A stretch of 37,721 nucleotides of DNA from an uncultured bacterium (GTDB taxonomy: Bacteria > Patescibacteriota > Minisyncoccia > Phycocordibacterales > UBA9973): assembly GCA_903895055.1 (NCBI GenBank), contig CAITSL010000041.1, forward strand, positions 1 to 37,721, in the 5' to 3' direction. The notes beneath the pieces were generated by a model. It did no database searches and was not told the origin of the DNA. It worked only from the letters and a program-made list of their open reading frames with translations. This document shows, piece by piece, positions 21,003-28,318 of this stretch (positions within the stretch are counted from its first letter, which is position 1; each line of letters begins with the position of its first letter). The position numbers and the translations under genes are program-made.

Positions 21003-21477
21003 TTTCCGAATCGGGGTTATAAGCATCCGGATCCATTTTTAAATGAGAAATATATTTTTCTTGCACAATAAAATCTCCCAAAAATTTTAAGAAGTCTTCT
21101 TTCTTTTCCACCTCCCCTTTTTCCGTAAAGTGATCGATCGGATGTCCTTCAGGGGTAAGTTCAAAGTGTCCGCGGATTTCTCCATCTTCAAAAACTCGTA
21201 AATGATATTGATCATTAAAATCCACCAATTTTCTCCAACTTAAAACCTGACCTTCGTCCGTCCAAGCAATAAAGTGATTGCCAAAACCCCATTTTTCGTG
21301 TAAATGTCTTTTCAAGCCTTCCAAGGTTTTTCCGGGCGCTAGCCAGCCGATATGGTATTTTTGCTTTCCGTCGGTATGCTTTATCAACCCCGAAGAAAGT
21401 AAATCTTTTTGGGCGATATGAAAAAATTTGTAAATTATTCGCCAGATACTCTGTTTAATTTTTTCTTCCGGATTCAT
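20992..21477 (-). CDS. Hypothetical cytoplasmic protein
   Basis: 161 aa from ATG 21477 (Met9 of the track ORF), chosen because TGtTATAGT lies 7 nt upstream. No family recognised. Confidence 0.55.
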   Translation of the reverse strand: MNPEEKIKQSIWRIIYKFFHIAQKDLLSSGLIKHTDGKQKYHIGWLAPGKTLEGLKRHLHEKWGFGNHFIAWTDEGQVLSWRKLVDFNDQYHLRVFEDGEIRGHFELTPEGHPIDHFTEKGEVEKKEDFLKFLGDFIVQEKYISHLKMDPDAYNPDSEITF

Positions 21478-21484
21478 GTTTAGT

Positions 21485-21493
21485 ACTATAACA
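21485..21493 (-). promoter_or_regulatory. Extended -10 promoter (TGtTATAGT), 7 nt before ATG 21477
   Basis: Minus strand reads TGT TATAGT ACTAAAC ATG. Confidence 0.45.
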
Positions 21494-21508
21494 TAAATCA
21501 AAAATTCT

Positions 21509-21537
21509 TTGAACTTTCAAAATTAAAAAGCTATAAT
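21509..21537 (+). promoter_or_regulatory. Consensus sigma70-type promoter, 8 nt before gpsA ATG
   Basis: TTGAAC (21509..21514), 17-nt spacer, TATAAT (21532..21537), then TAGTTGAT ATG. Confidence 0.7.
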
Positions 21538-21545
21538 TAGTTGAT

Positions 21546-22451
21546 ATGAAAATCACAATCATTGGAAATGGACAAATAGGAAGTGCCCTTTTATATTTAC
21601 TGAATGAGTCTTCGAAAAATCGAGCTCAGAAATGTTTAATAGAAATTTATGATAAAGATGCATCAAAAAATGCCAGCGGTAAGACATTGAAAGATTGCGT
21701 TTCGAATGCTGATTTTATATTTTTATGCGTTCCATCTTGGTGTTTAAAAGAAACTTTAATAGAAATTTCAAATAAGCTAGATCCAAAAACTATTTTGATT
21801 TCTTTATCTAAAGGGATAGATGTAGCTTCAAGAAAAAGTGTCGACAAGTTGATAGAAAAAAATGTCGGGAAAGCCAGATATGCACTACTTTCGGGACCAA
21901 TGTTTGCCAAAGAAATATTAAAAGATAAAATGAGTTTTGGGATACTCGCATCAAAAGATAAAAGTGTTTTTGAAAAAATAAAAGAACTTTTCAACGGTAC
22001 AAAATTAAAACTGGAATATTCCAAAGAAGTTCCATCTGTCGCGATGTCCGGGGTTTTGAAAAATATTTATACTCTGGCGGTAAGTATTATCGATAGCTCG
22101 CTTGAGGACAACAATACCAAAGGATATTTTTCGGCCAAAGGAATTATGGAAATGAAGGAAATTATGGAGATGCTCCATTTGGATAAAGAAATAATTCTGG
22201 GCACTGCCGGGTTAGGAGATTTTGTCGCCACCGTCTCGAGTAAACATTCCCAAAACAGAAAAGTGGGCACCGATATTTCGACCAAGGGCAGCACTTCCCA
22301 AAAAAGTGAGGGACTCGTATCGCTCTCTCCCCTCATTTCAATCATAGGTAAAAAATACAAAAAACTTCCAATGTTGTGTCTACTCGAAAGGATCGTGGTG
22401 AAAAAGAAAGACGCCAAAAACGAAATCCACGATTTTCTGAAAGAAATTTAG
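21546..22451 (+). CDS. gpsA: NAD(P)H-dependent glycerol-3-phosphate dehydrogenase
   Basis: 301 aa. N-terminal Rossmann motif ITIIGNGQIGSAL, plus SGPMFAKEI, LKNIYTLAVSI and GLGDFVATVSS..SQNRKVG, matching GpsA motifs. Confidence 0.8.
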   Translation: MKITIIGNGQIGSALLYLLNESSKNRAQKCLIEIYDKDASKNASGKTLKDCVSNADFIFLCVPSWCLKETLIEISNKLDPKTILISLSKGIDVASRKSVDKLIEKNVGKARYALLSGPMFAKEILKDKMSFGILASKDKSVFEKIKELFNGTKLKLEYSKEVPSVAMSGVLKNIYTLAVSIIDSSLEDNNTKGYFSAKGIMEMKEIMEMLHLDKEIILGTAGLGDFVATVSSKHSQNRKVGTDISTKGSTSQKSEGLVSLSPLISIIGKKYKKLPMLCLLERIVVKKKDAKNEIHDFLKEI

Positions 22452-23332
22452 AGAAATTTAAAACTCTGCGCAATGCCTTCAAGGATTGATTTTATTTTTG
22501 CTTGGTCAAATGCTTTGATTCCTTGGTCAGGCGAATAATTCCCAATATTCATAGAATGGATGGTGTATTCAACCGCATAACATTGATTGTTGTAAATAAT
22601 TCGGTAACTTGTAATATCATAAAAATTTCCAGCTCCGGCATCACTTAATGTGATTTCTGTAAATGCGATACCACCAATCATTACTTCTTTATTTTTTACT
22701 GTACTTCCATTTTCTGCAATTAAACAATTTTTCACTGCAAGAGGATCCGTGCTCGTGCCTACGGTAAACCTTGAATCACCAAAATTGGTATTGGGCAGAA
22801 ATGATTTTGGAATATTTACAAAAGCCAAAAGCATCCCAAGAGTAGTGGTATTCCCCTGCCAATCTTGCGTATAGCTCCCATCACCGCCCGAGAGATTAAA
22901 CTGGCTCGGATAAGTGAAACTGAAAAGTTTGGACGCGTCAGTGTAAGTCTGCATTCCCGCTCCCGCATCCGTAATAAAACCCGTTACGCAATTAGTGAAA
23001 GTTGTTTTATTGTTTTCAGTGACAAAAGCATTGTCCCCTTTACTCCAGAAAACAGTTGTCCCAGATTCGTAGCGTCCACCGTCAGCTGAAATACTTTGGG
23101 GTAAATTTAAAGTTTGTCCATCGGGAAAAATAACATTGGCACTTTTATCTCCAAAGACTACTTTTAAAATCCCCTCTTGGCAATAATAAGCGACCGTCTT
23201 GGAAGCTTCCGGCACTGGTGCTTTGACTACCGGGACAGGATTTACCTTTTCTACATAATAAAGAGCGATCAGAGCCAAAACAAAAAGCCCCAGAATGATT
23301 AAAATTTTATTTTTCTTGGTCATATTATTCAT
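22448..23332 (-). CDS. Membrane-anchored protein with an MliC-like (C-type lysozyme inhibitor) domain plus a C-terminal domain of unknown function
   Basis: Start set at ATG 23332 (MNNMTKKNKILIILGLFVLALIALYY) because TGcTATACT lies 6 nt upstream. YYCQEGILKVVFGDKSANVIFPDGQTLNLPQSISADGGRYESGTTVFWSKGDNAFV resembles the MliC fold signature. Confidence 0.6.
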   Translation of the reverse strand: MNNMTKKNKILIILGLFVLALIALYYVEKVNPVPVVKAPVPEASKTVAYYCQEGILKVVFGDKSANVIFPDGQTLNLPQSISADGGRYESGTTVFWSKGDNAFVTENNKTTFTNCVTGFITDAGAGMQTYTDASKLFSFTYPSQFNLSGGDGSYTQDWQGNTTTLGMLLAFVNIPKSFLPNTNFGDSRFTVGTSTDPLAVKNCLIAENGSTVKNKEVMIGGIAFTEITLSDAGAGNFYDITSYRIIYNNQCYAVEYTIHSMNIGNYSPDQGIKAFDQAKIKSILEGIAQSFKFL

Positions 23333-23338
23333 GCCGTA

Positions 23339-23347
23339 AGTATAGCA
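23339..23347 (-). promoter_or_regulatory. Extended -10 promoter (TGcTATACT), 6 nt before ATG 23332
   Basis: Minus strand reads TGC TATACT TACGGC ATG. Confidence 0.5.
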
Positions 23348-23393
23348 CCTTTCAAGGAAAGTAAGGCTGAATCTTTTTTTCTCAATCTTTCTT

Positions 23394-23402
23394 TGATATA
23401 CT
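23394..23402 (+). promoter_or_regulatory. Extended -10 promoter (TGaTATACT), 7 nt before ATG 23410
   Basis: Plus strand reads TGA TATACT TGTCTGA ATG. Confidence 0.5.
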
Positions 23403-23409
23403 TGTCTGA

Positions 23410-25842
23410 ATGAAAAAAATATCCTTAATTCCAATTTTTTTTGTTTCGGCTGTGGCGGTGGGTTTTGAAGTTGCGTTGACCCGCTATTTCAGCATTGTAA
23501 GCTGGTCAGAATACAGTTATTGGGTTATTTCAATTACGATGGTCGGCTTCGCGGTGAGCGGAATAGTCTTAAGTATCTTTAAAGATTTTTTTAAACGTCA
23601 TGCCAGACAAATCCTTTCCTTAATTCCCTTATTGTTATTAATTACAGCCACTGTCGGATATCTTTTGATAACAATCATCCCCTTCAACCCTCTCGAGTTT
23701 CAAGATCCTAATACTTGGCTTAGTCAGCTTTTCAATGTTTGGAAATATTATGCAGCATTATTTCCTTTTTTCTTTTTAGCGGGATTGTATATCGGCTTAT
23801 ATTTTTTATCGGGCTTAAAATTAATCTCTCGCGTCTATGCGGCTGATCTTATTGGAGCTGGAATAGGTACTTCCTTCATCTTGATAATGATGTTTTGGGT
23901 GCACCCATTTTTGTTACTTAACCTCTTATTGCCCTTACTTTTAATTGCCACTTGTTTCCAACCACCACCAGCGCAAATCAAGCGCGGGATATTTTTAATA
24001 GCCTTCATTTTACTAACAATCCTATGTGAAATGTCTATTTTGAAATTTAATCAAGCTGATTTCAATGAATATAAATCCATCTATCCATCAATGCACGTGG
24101 AAGGCAATAAAATAATAAAAGAGATTTTCTCTCCGCAAGGATACTTTCTAATACTAGACAATTTTACTGAACATCTGGATGTAGATTTTTCAAATAATGC
24201 TTCATTGCTTAAGGCAACCGAACTACCACTTTCCGATGGCCTGTATAAGGACGGTAATAGAATTGCCTCGATTCCCAAAAAGGAAGTTTGGGAAAGCACT
24301 TATCTCCCGGCAACTTTGGATGTCTTTCCATATTATCTGAAACCCCAGGCATCCGTGTTGTTGGTTGGCACCGAAGGTGGTTTTCGCCTGCTGGAAGCAA
24401 ACCAATTAGGAGTAAATTCTATCACTGCCCTTGAACCAGATTCAATATTGTATTCCCTAGTTCACAGCAACAATTCGACAACCAAAATCCTGGCTAATCC
24501 TACAGTAAAACTAATGGCAGAAACGCCAATGGCATTAGCAGTTAAGGGGAAAAAACAATTTGATATCATAGACATTGCTTCTAATTTTTTGGACCAGTCC
24601 GATTCCAATAAATATGCCTTTACTTCGGAAGCATTACAGAGTTATCTAGAGATGCTTAAAAGTGACGGGGTAATCTCTATCCCTGATTCAATCCGCGAAT
24701 CGACCTCCTATTCATTAAAAATATTAGAAACTATTTATCAGACATTTTTGAAGATGGGGATTAATTCTCCCCAAGATCATATCCTGGTGTATCGCTCAAG
24801 CTGGAATGATCGTATTCTTGTTTCACTCTCTCCTTTTACCGCCAAAGACATTCAAAAATTGCGTGGCTTTACGGACCAGCGTTCATTTGATATATCATAT
24901 TTTAACGGGATTAAAGGAGATAATAACGTTTGGAATGACTTGCCTGCCGTTTCATTTGAATCTAAAAAAATTATCTCCGATGGGAATGGAACATCGGATG
25001 CGTTAAGAGATGACATTTTAAAATTATTTTCCACTAACCATGACAAATTCATCCAGAATAACTTTTTCAAGATTAAATCATTAACAATTAATCAACCTGA
25101 TTTTTATTCAACTTTGCGCTTTTCTCAATTAAAAAACATCTTGAAAAGCATCGAACTGGTTCCGGAAAAAGAAATGGGATCATTGGTAAATATCGCGGTT
25201 CTTTTGCAATCAATAATTATCGCTATAATAATTTTATTGTTGCCTCTGATCCGTTGGCGTAAATATTTGCCCAAGGCTAAAGATTTAATGAAACCCATCT
25301 TGTATTTTTCTGGTTTAGGCTTGGGTTTCTTTTTCTTGGAAATTTATCTCATTGGCAAAGCTTCTTTTTTCCTGAATGACGGCATGTATGGTTTTGCTGT
25401 CGTTATTGCGAGTATGCTTATTTTTTCAGGATTAGGAAGTTTCCTCTCAGAAAAATATCTAGAGGAACCCCGCCGAGGTCTACTGATCGCTTGCGGAGTG
25501 ATATTGTTATGGGTAATAGCAATATTCTTTTTCTTGGACCCGTTATTGCTCGCGCTAATTGCGATACCACTCTTTTTGAAATATTTGGTTTTAATCCTTA
25601 TTACTGCCCCACTGTCAATTGCTCTCGGATTTCCATTTTCTTTGGGCCTTTCTATTTTCCGCGGGGAACGTGAACATCTGCTCCCGTGGGCTTGGAGCAT
25701 CAATGGATCATTTTCCGTTATTGCGACTCCGTTGGCAAATATTATAATATTATCTCTAGGATATAAAATTGTCCTTGTGCTATCGGCAATTTTCTATATA
25801 ATAGTATTTATTACTTATCCGAATTTGTCGGAAAAAAATTAG
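23410..25842 (+). CDS. Large polytopic membrane protein with a central spermidine-synthase-like (class I SAM-fold) domain
   Basis: 810 aa with about 7 N-terminal and about 6 C-terminal TM helices. The central soluble part has VLLVGTEGGFRLLEA, ALEPDS, FDIIDIASN and LKSDGVISIP, resembling SpeE-family motifs. Confidence 0.65.
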   Translation: MKKISLIPIFFVSAVAVGFEVALTRYFSIVSWSEYSYWVISITMVGFAVSGIVLSIFKDFFKRHARQILSLIPLLLLITATVGYLLITIIPFNPLEFQDPNTWLSQLFNVWKYYAALFPFFFLAGLYIGLYFLSGLKLISRVYAADLIGAGIGTSFILIMMFWVHPFLLLNLLLPLLLIATCFQPPPAQIKRGIFLIAFILLTILCEMSILKFNQADFNEYKSIYPSMHVEGNKIIKEIFSPQGYFLILDNFTEHLDVDFSNNASLLKATELPLSDGLYKDGNRIASIPKKEVWESTYLPATLDVFPYYLKPQASVLLVGTEGGFRLLEANQLGVNSITALEPDSILYSLVHSNNSTTKILANPTVKLMAETPMALAVKGKKQFDIIDIASNFLDQSDSNKYAFTSEALQSYLEMLKSDGVISIPDSIRESTSYSLKILETIYQTFLKMGINSPQDHILVYRSSWNDRILVSLSPFTAKDIQKLRGFTDQRSFDISYFNGIKGDNNVWNDLPAVSFESKKIISDGNGTSDALRDDILKLFSTNHDKFIQNNFFKIKSLTINQPDFYSTLRFSQLKNILKSIELVPEKEMGSLVNIAVLLQSIIIAIIILLLPLIRWRKYLPKAKDLMKPILYFSGLGLGFFFLEIYLIGKASFFLNDGMYGFAVVIASMLIFSGLGSFLSEKYLEEPRRGLLIACGVILLWVIAIFFFLDPLLLALIAIPLFLKYLVLILITAPLSIALGFPFSLGLSIFRGEREHLLPWAWSINGSFSVIATPLANIIILSLGYKIVLVLSAIFYIIVFITYPNLSEKN

Positions 25843-25854
25843 AAAAAATAAAAC

Positions 25855-26823
25855 ATGAAACACAAAAAATTAATCATCTTTTTAGGAATCTGTATTTTGT
25901 TAGTGGTTTTATTTTGGGTCTTTAGTAAATCAAAACCCGAAGTGACTTACCAACAACAAAATATCAATCAACCTGCGCCGACAATAATTCCAGCGAAGGA
26001 AAATCCTCAAATACCGGCCAGCGCAAACCCATCCGGTATCGATGCCTCACTCTCCAGTTGGAATTTTGAGACATATCAAACTCTAATGACTGAAAGTGGC
26101 AGAAAACCAGGCATTGACGCGAGTACCTTTCTAGAAATTCAAAAACGAAAAATAACCGCCAATCAAATTGTGGCGGATTACCTAACAGAGCAATCAGGTA
26201 GCGCTGACCCGGAAGTTTTGCGCGCATTCAATGAAGTTCCACGCGAGTATTTTCAATATCAATATCAGACCGATCATTCCTTTGCCGATGTCGCTTATGA
26301 AAACAAAGTCGAAAAAGTGAAACCTTGGGCGATCGGTTGGGGTTCGGCGCTTTCGGATTATTTAGGACAGACCTATATGACCCAACTTCTAAAACCCAAG
26401 GCGAGTGATGTGGCGCTTGAAATAGGCACTGGTAGCGGTTATCAAAGCGCGCTCCTTTCTCGGATCGTAAAAAAAATGTATTCAATTGAAATCATCAAAC
26501 CATTAGGCGAAGCAGTTAGTAAAATTTATCAGCCCCTCGGTTATGACAATATCGAAACGCGGGTCGGGGACGGTTTTTACGGTTGGCCGGAAGTAAAAGG
26601 CGGTTTTGATATTATTATCGTTACCGCTGCTGCGCGCTACGTGCCTCCAGCCTTGATCGAACAATTAAAACCGAATGGGACGATGATTATCCCGGTGGGT
26701 CAGCCCTTTAAAAGAGGACAAGTGTTGTATATCTATACTAAAGATAAAGATGGACGCGTTCATTCTAGAAAAGACGTTGGTGTATATTTTATTCCAATGG
26801 TCGGCGCAATTCAAAAGCAATAA
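25855..26823 (+). CDS. pcm: Protein-L-isoaspartate O-methyltransferase with N-terminal membrane anchor and roughly 100-aa extension
   Basis: 322 aa. TM LIIFLGICILLVVLFWVF, then VPREYF, ALEIGTGSGYQSALLSRIV, IIVTAAARYVPPALIEQLKPNGTMIIPVG. Confidence 0.8.
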   Translation: MKHKKLIIFLGICILLVVLFWVFSKSKPEVTYQQQNINQPAPTIIPAKENPQIPASANPSGIDASLSSWNFETYQTLMTESGRKPGIDASTFLEIQKRKITANQIVADYLTEQSGSADPEVLRAFNEVPREYFQYQYQTDHSFADVAYENKVEKVKPWAIGWGSALSDYLGQTYMTQLLKPKASDVALEIGTGSGYQSALLSRIVKKMYSIEIIKPLGEAVSKIYQPLGYDNIETRVGDGFYGWPEVKGGFDIIIVTAAARYVPPALIEQLKPNGTMIIPVGQPFKRGQVLYIYTKDKDGRVHSRKDVGVYFIPMVGAIQKQ

Positions 26824-26901
26824 AATATCCTTAAGGATTTTTGCGGATGGTTTGGTGCGCTGTTGAAACCTCTTTGTTGATAAATAAGGATATTTAGAAA
26901 T

Positions 26902-27594
26902 TTAACGGCTAATTATCTTTTCCACCGTCGCATCCGCGAGTATTTTCATTGTATCGAATATCTTTAAAGATGGGTGTTTAGGAATTAATAACTGCAGATC
27001 AGTACAAGCGAGTACCACGCAATCAATATTTTTATTCTCAAAATCATTAATTATGGCGATAAGTTCTTCTCTGTCTTTGTTGTTTTGTTGTCCAGTAACG
27101 AGATTAAGAATAAATTTACCCATCTTAGCTTGCTGAAAATCATTTGGAGTTTCATATCCGATACCATTTTGCTTAAAAGCATTCTCATATAATTTATTTT
27201 TAATAGTAGCTGAAGTTGAAACTATTCCAACTTTATGTAAATTATTTTTTTTAAGAAATTTTACTGTTTCCTCAACGATACTTAACACTGGAACAGAAAC
27301 TGATTTTCTTATATCTTCTATAAAAACATGCAAAGAATTACATGGCATTACAATAAATTCTGCGCCGGCTTTCTCTAATCGTTTTGCTTCTTGTGCGAGA
27401 AAAGGTAAACATCTTTCAATTCCAACATTTTTTGAAATAGCATCTTCTTCTATTTGATATGGCAATGGAACATTAGAGATAATAATTGGGGGTCTTGTTG
27501 TCTTCTCTTTTTTCTGGCACGAAAAAATAATATCTAAATAAAATTCAGAGGTTGTTTCTGGTCCAAGTCCACCAATAATTCCAACTGTTTTCAT
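26902..27594 (-). CDS. Aspartate/glutamate racemase family protein (aspartate racemase-like)
   Basis: 230 aa. GIIGGLGPETT, catalytic Cys motifs MPCNSLH and LACTDL. Confidence 0.8.
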   Translation of the reverse strand: MKTVGIIGGLGPETTSEFYLDIIFSCQKKEKTTRPPIIISNVPLPYQIEEDAISKNVGIERCLPFLAQEAKRLEKAGAEFIVMPCNSLHVFIEDIRKSVSVPVLSIVEETVKFLKKNNLHKVGIVSTSATIKNKLYENAFKQNGIGYETPNDFQQAKMGKFILNLVTGQQNNKDREELIAIINDFENKNIDCVVLACTDLQLLIPKHPSLKIFDTMKILADATVEKIISR

Positions 27595-27600
27595 GACTTT

Positions 27601-27609
27601 ATTATATCA
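27601..27609 (-). promoter_or_regulatory. Extended -10 promoter (TGaTATAAT), 6 nt before ATG 27594
   Basis: Minus strand reads TGA TATAAT AAAGTC ATG, directly downstream of the tRNA-Ser(GCU) 3' end. Confidence 0.55.
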
Positions 27610-27623
27610 CTATATTTTATTTG

Positions 27624-27712
27624 CGGAGCCGGAGGGATTCGAACCCTCGAGGGGTTTTAAAGCCCCTGCATCTTTAGCAAAGATGTTACTTCGACCGCTC
27701 ATACACGGCTCC
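27624..27712 (-). tRNA. tRNA-Ser (anticodon GCU), class II
   Basis: Hand-folded 89 nt. Acceptor GGAGCCG/CGGCTCC, discriminator G, anticodon stem CATCT/AGATG with loop TTGCTAA. Variable arm AGGGG-CTTTAAAA-CCCCT, T arm GAGGG-TTCGAAT-CCCTC. Confidence 0.9.
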
Positions 27713-27727
27713 CTTTCTTCCTTAATT

Positions 27728-27736
27728 ACTTTAACA
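27728..27736 (-). promoter_or_regulatory. Possible extended -10 (TGtTAAAGT), 15 nt upstream of tRNA-Ser(GCU)
   Basis: Minus strand reads TGT TAAAGT. Weak call. Confidence 0.3.
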
Positions 27737-27761
27737 TATTTTTTATGTTTTCCAACTTTTG

Positions 27762-27770
27762 TGCTATATT
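27762..27770 (+). promoter_or_regulatory. Possible extended -10 (TGcTATATT), 35 nt upstream of the plus-strand tRNA
   Basis: Plus strand reads TTTTGTGCTATATTG. Confidence 0.35.
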
Positions 27771-27805
27771 GATTTTGTGTTTTCTGGAGTGTGGACAAGA
27801 AGCAT

Positions 27806-27892
27806 GGAGGCGTGGATGAGTGGTTTAAATCAGCGGTTTACTAAACCGCCGTTCCTTAATCGGAACCGTGAGTCCGAATCTCACCGCCTCCG
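27806..27892 (+). tRNA. Class II Ser-type tRNA with non-canonical anticodon ACU and T-loop TCCGAAT (functional variant or pseudogene)
   Basis: Hand-folded 87 nt. Acceptor GGAGGCG/CGCCTCC, discriminator G, D stem GAT/ATC, anticodon stem GCGGT/ACCGC with loop TTACTAA. Variable arm GTTCC-TTAATC-GGAAC, T arm GTGAG-TCCGAAT-CTCAC. Confidence 0.7.
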
Positions 27893-27932
27893 CAAAAAAA
27901 CAATTCGGGCTTGCGCTCGTTTTTGGTAGTAG

Positions 27933-27938
27933 TATAAT
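27933..27938 (+). promoter_or_regulatory. -10 box TATAAT, 8 nt before ATG 27947
   Basis: TTGCGC, 16 nt, TATAAT, TGATACAT, ATG. No TG extension. Confidence 0.4.
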
Positions 27939-27946
27939 TGATACAT

Positions 27947-28318
27947 ATGAAAACAGTATTTATCATAGAGGATGATATTTTCCTTCAAGGACTCGAGGCA
28001 ACAAAACTTAAGAAAGAAGGTTTTGACATTTTGACTGCCTCAAACGGCGACGAAGCGATGAAAATAATTGGAGGTGAAAATAAAGTTGATTTGATTTTGC
28101 TGGATCTCCTACTTCCGGGAATAGACGGTTTTGAAATTTTAAATAAAATAAAACAAGGGAAAAATACTTCAAGCGTTCCCGTGATAGTTTTCTCAAATTT
28201 ATCGGAAGAAAAAGATATCGCTCGCGCAAAAAAATTAGGCATCAGCGAGTTTATGATAAAATCAAATTTCAATCTGGATGAACTCACCAGTAAAATCAGA
28301 GAACTGATCGGATCATAA
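27947..28318 (+). CDS. Single-domain response regulator (CheY-like receiver)
   Basis: 123 aa from ATG 27947; the track ORF starts at an upstream TTG (27938). IEDD, LLDLLLPGIDG, VFSN, MIKS. Its stop TAA is immediately followed by the recG ATG. Confidence 0.85.
   Translation: MKTVFIIEDDIFLQGLEATKLKKEGFDILTASNGDEAMKIIGGENKVDLILLDLLLPGIDGFEILNKIKQGKNTSSVPVIVFSNLSEEKDIARAKKLGISEFMIKSNFNLDELTSKIRELIGS

Noticed and set aside
26823-26895. 11-bp inverted repeat AAATATCCTTA / TAAGGATATTT bracketing the pcm/racemase convergent intergenic region.
   Set aside because: It is AT-rich with a 51-nt loop and no U-tract geometry. It could help termination, but it is not distinguishable from chance in this composition.
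27610-27798. 62-aa ORF on the minus strand.
   Set aside because: It is laid almost entirely over tRNA-Ser(GCU) and the tRNA promoter region, so it is spurious.
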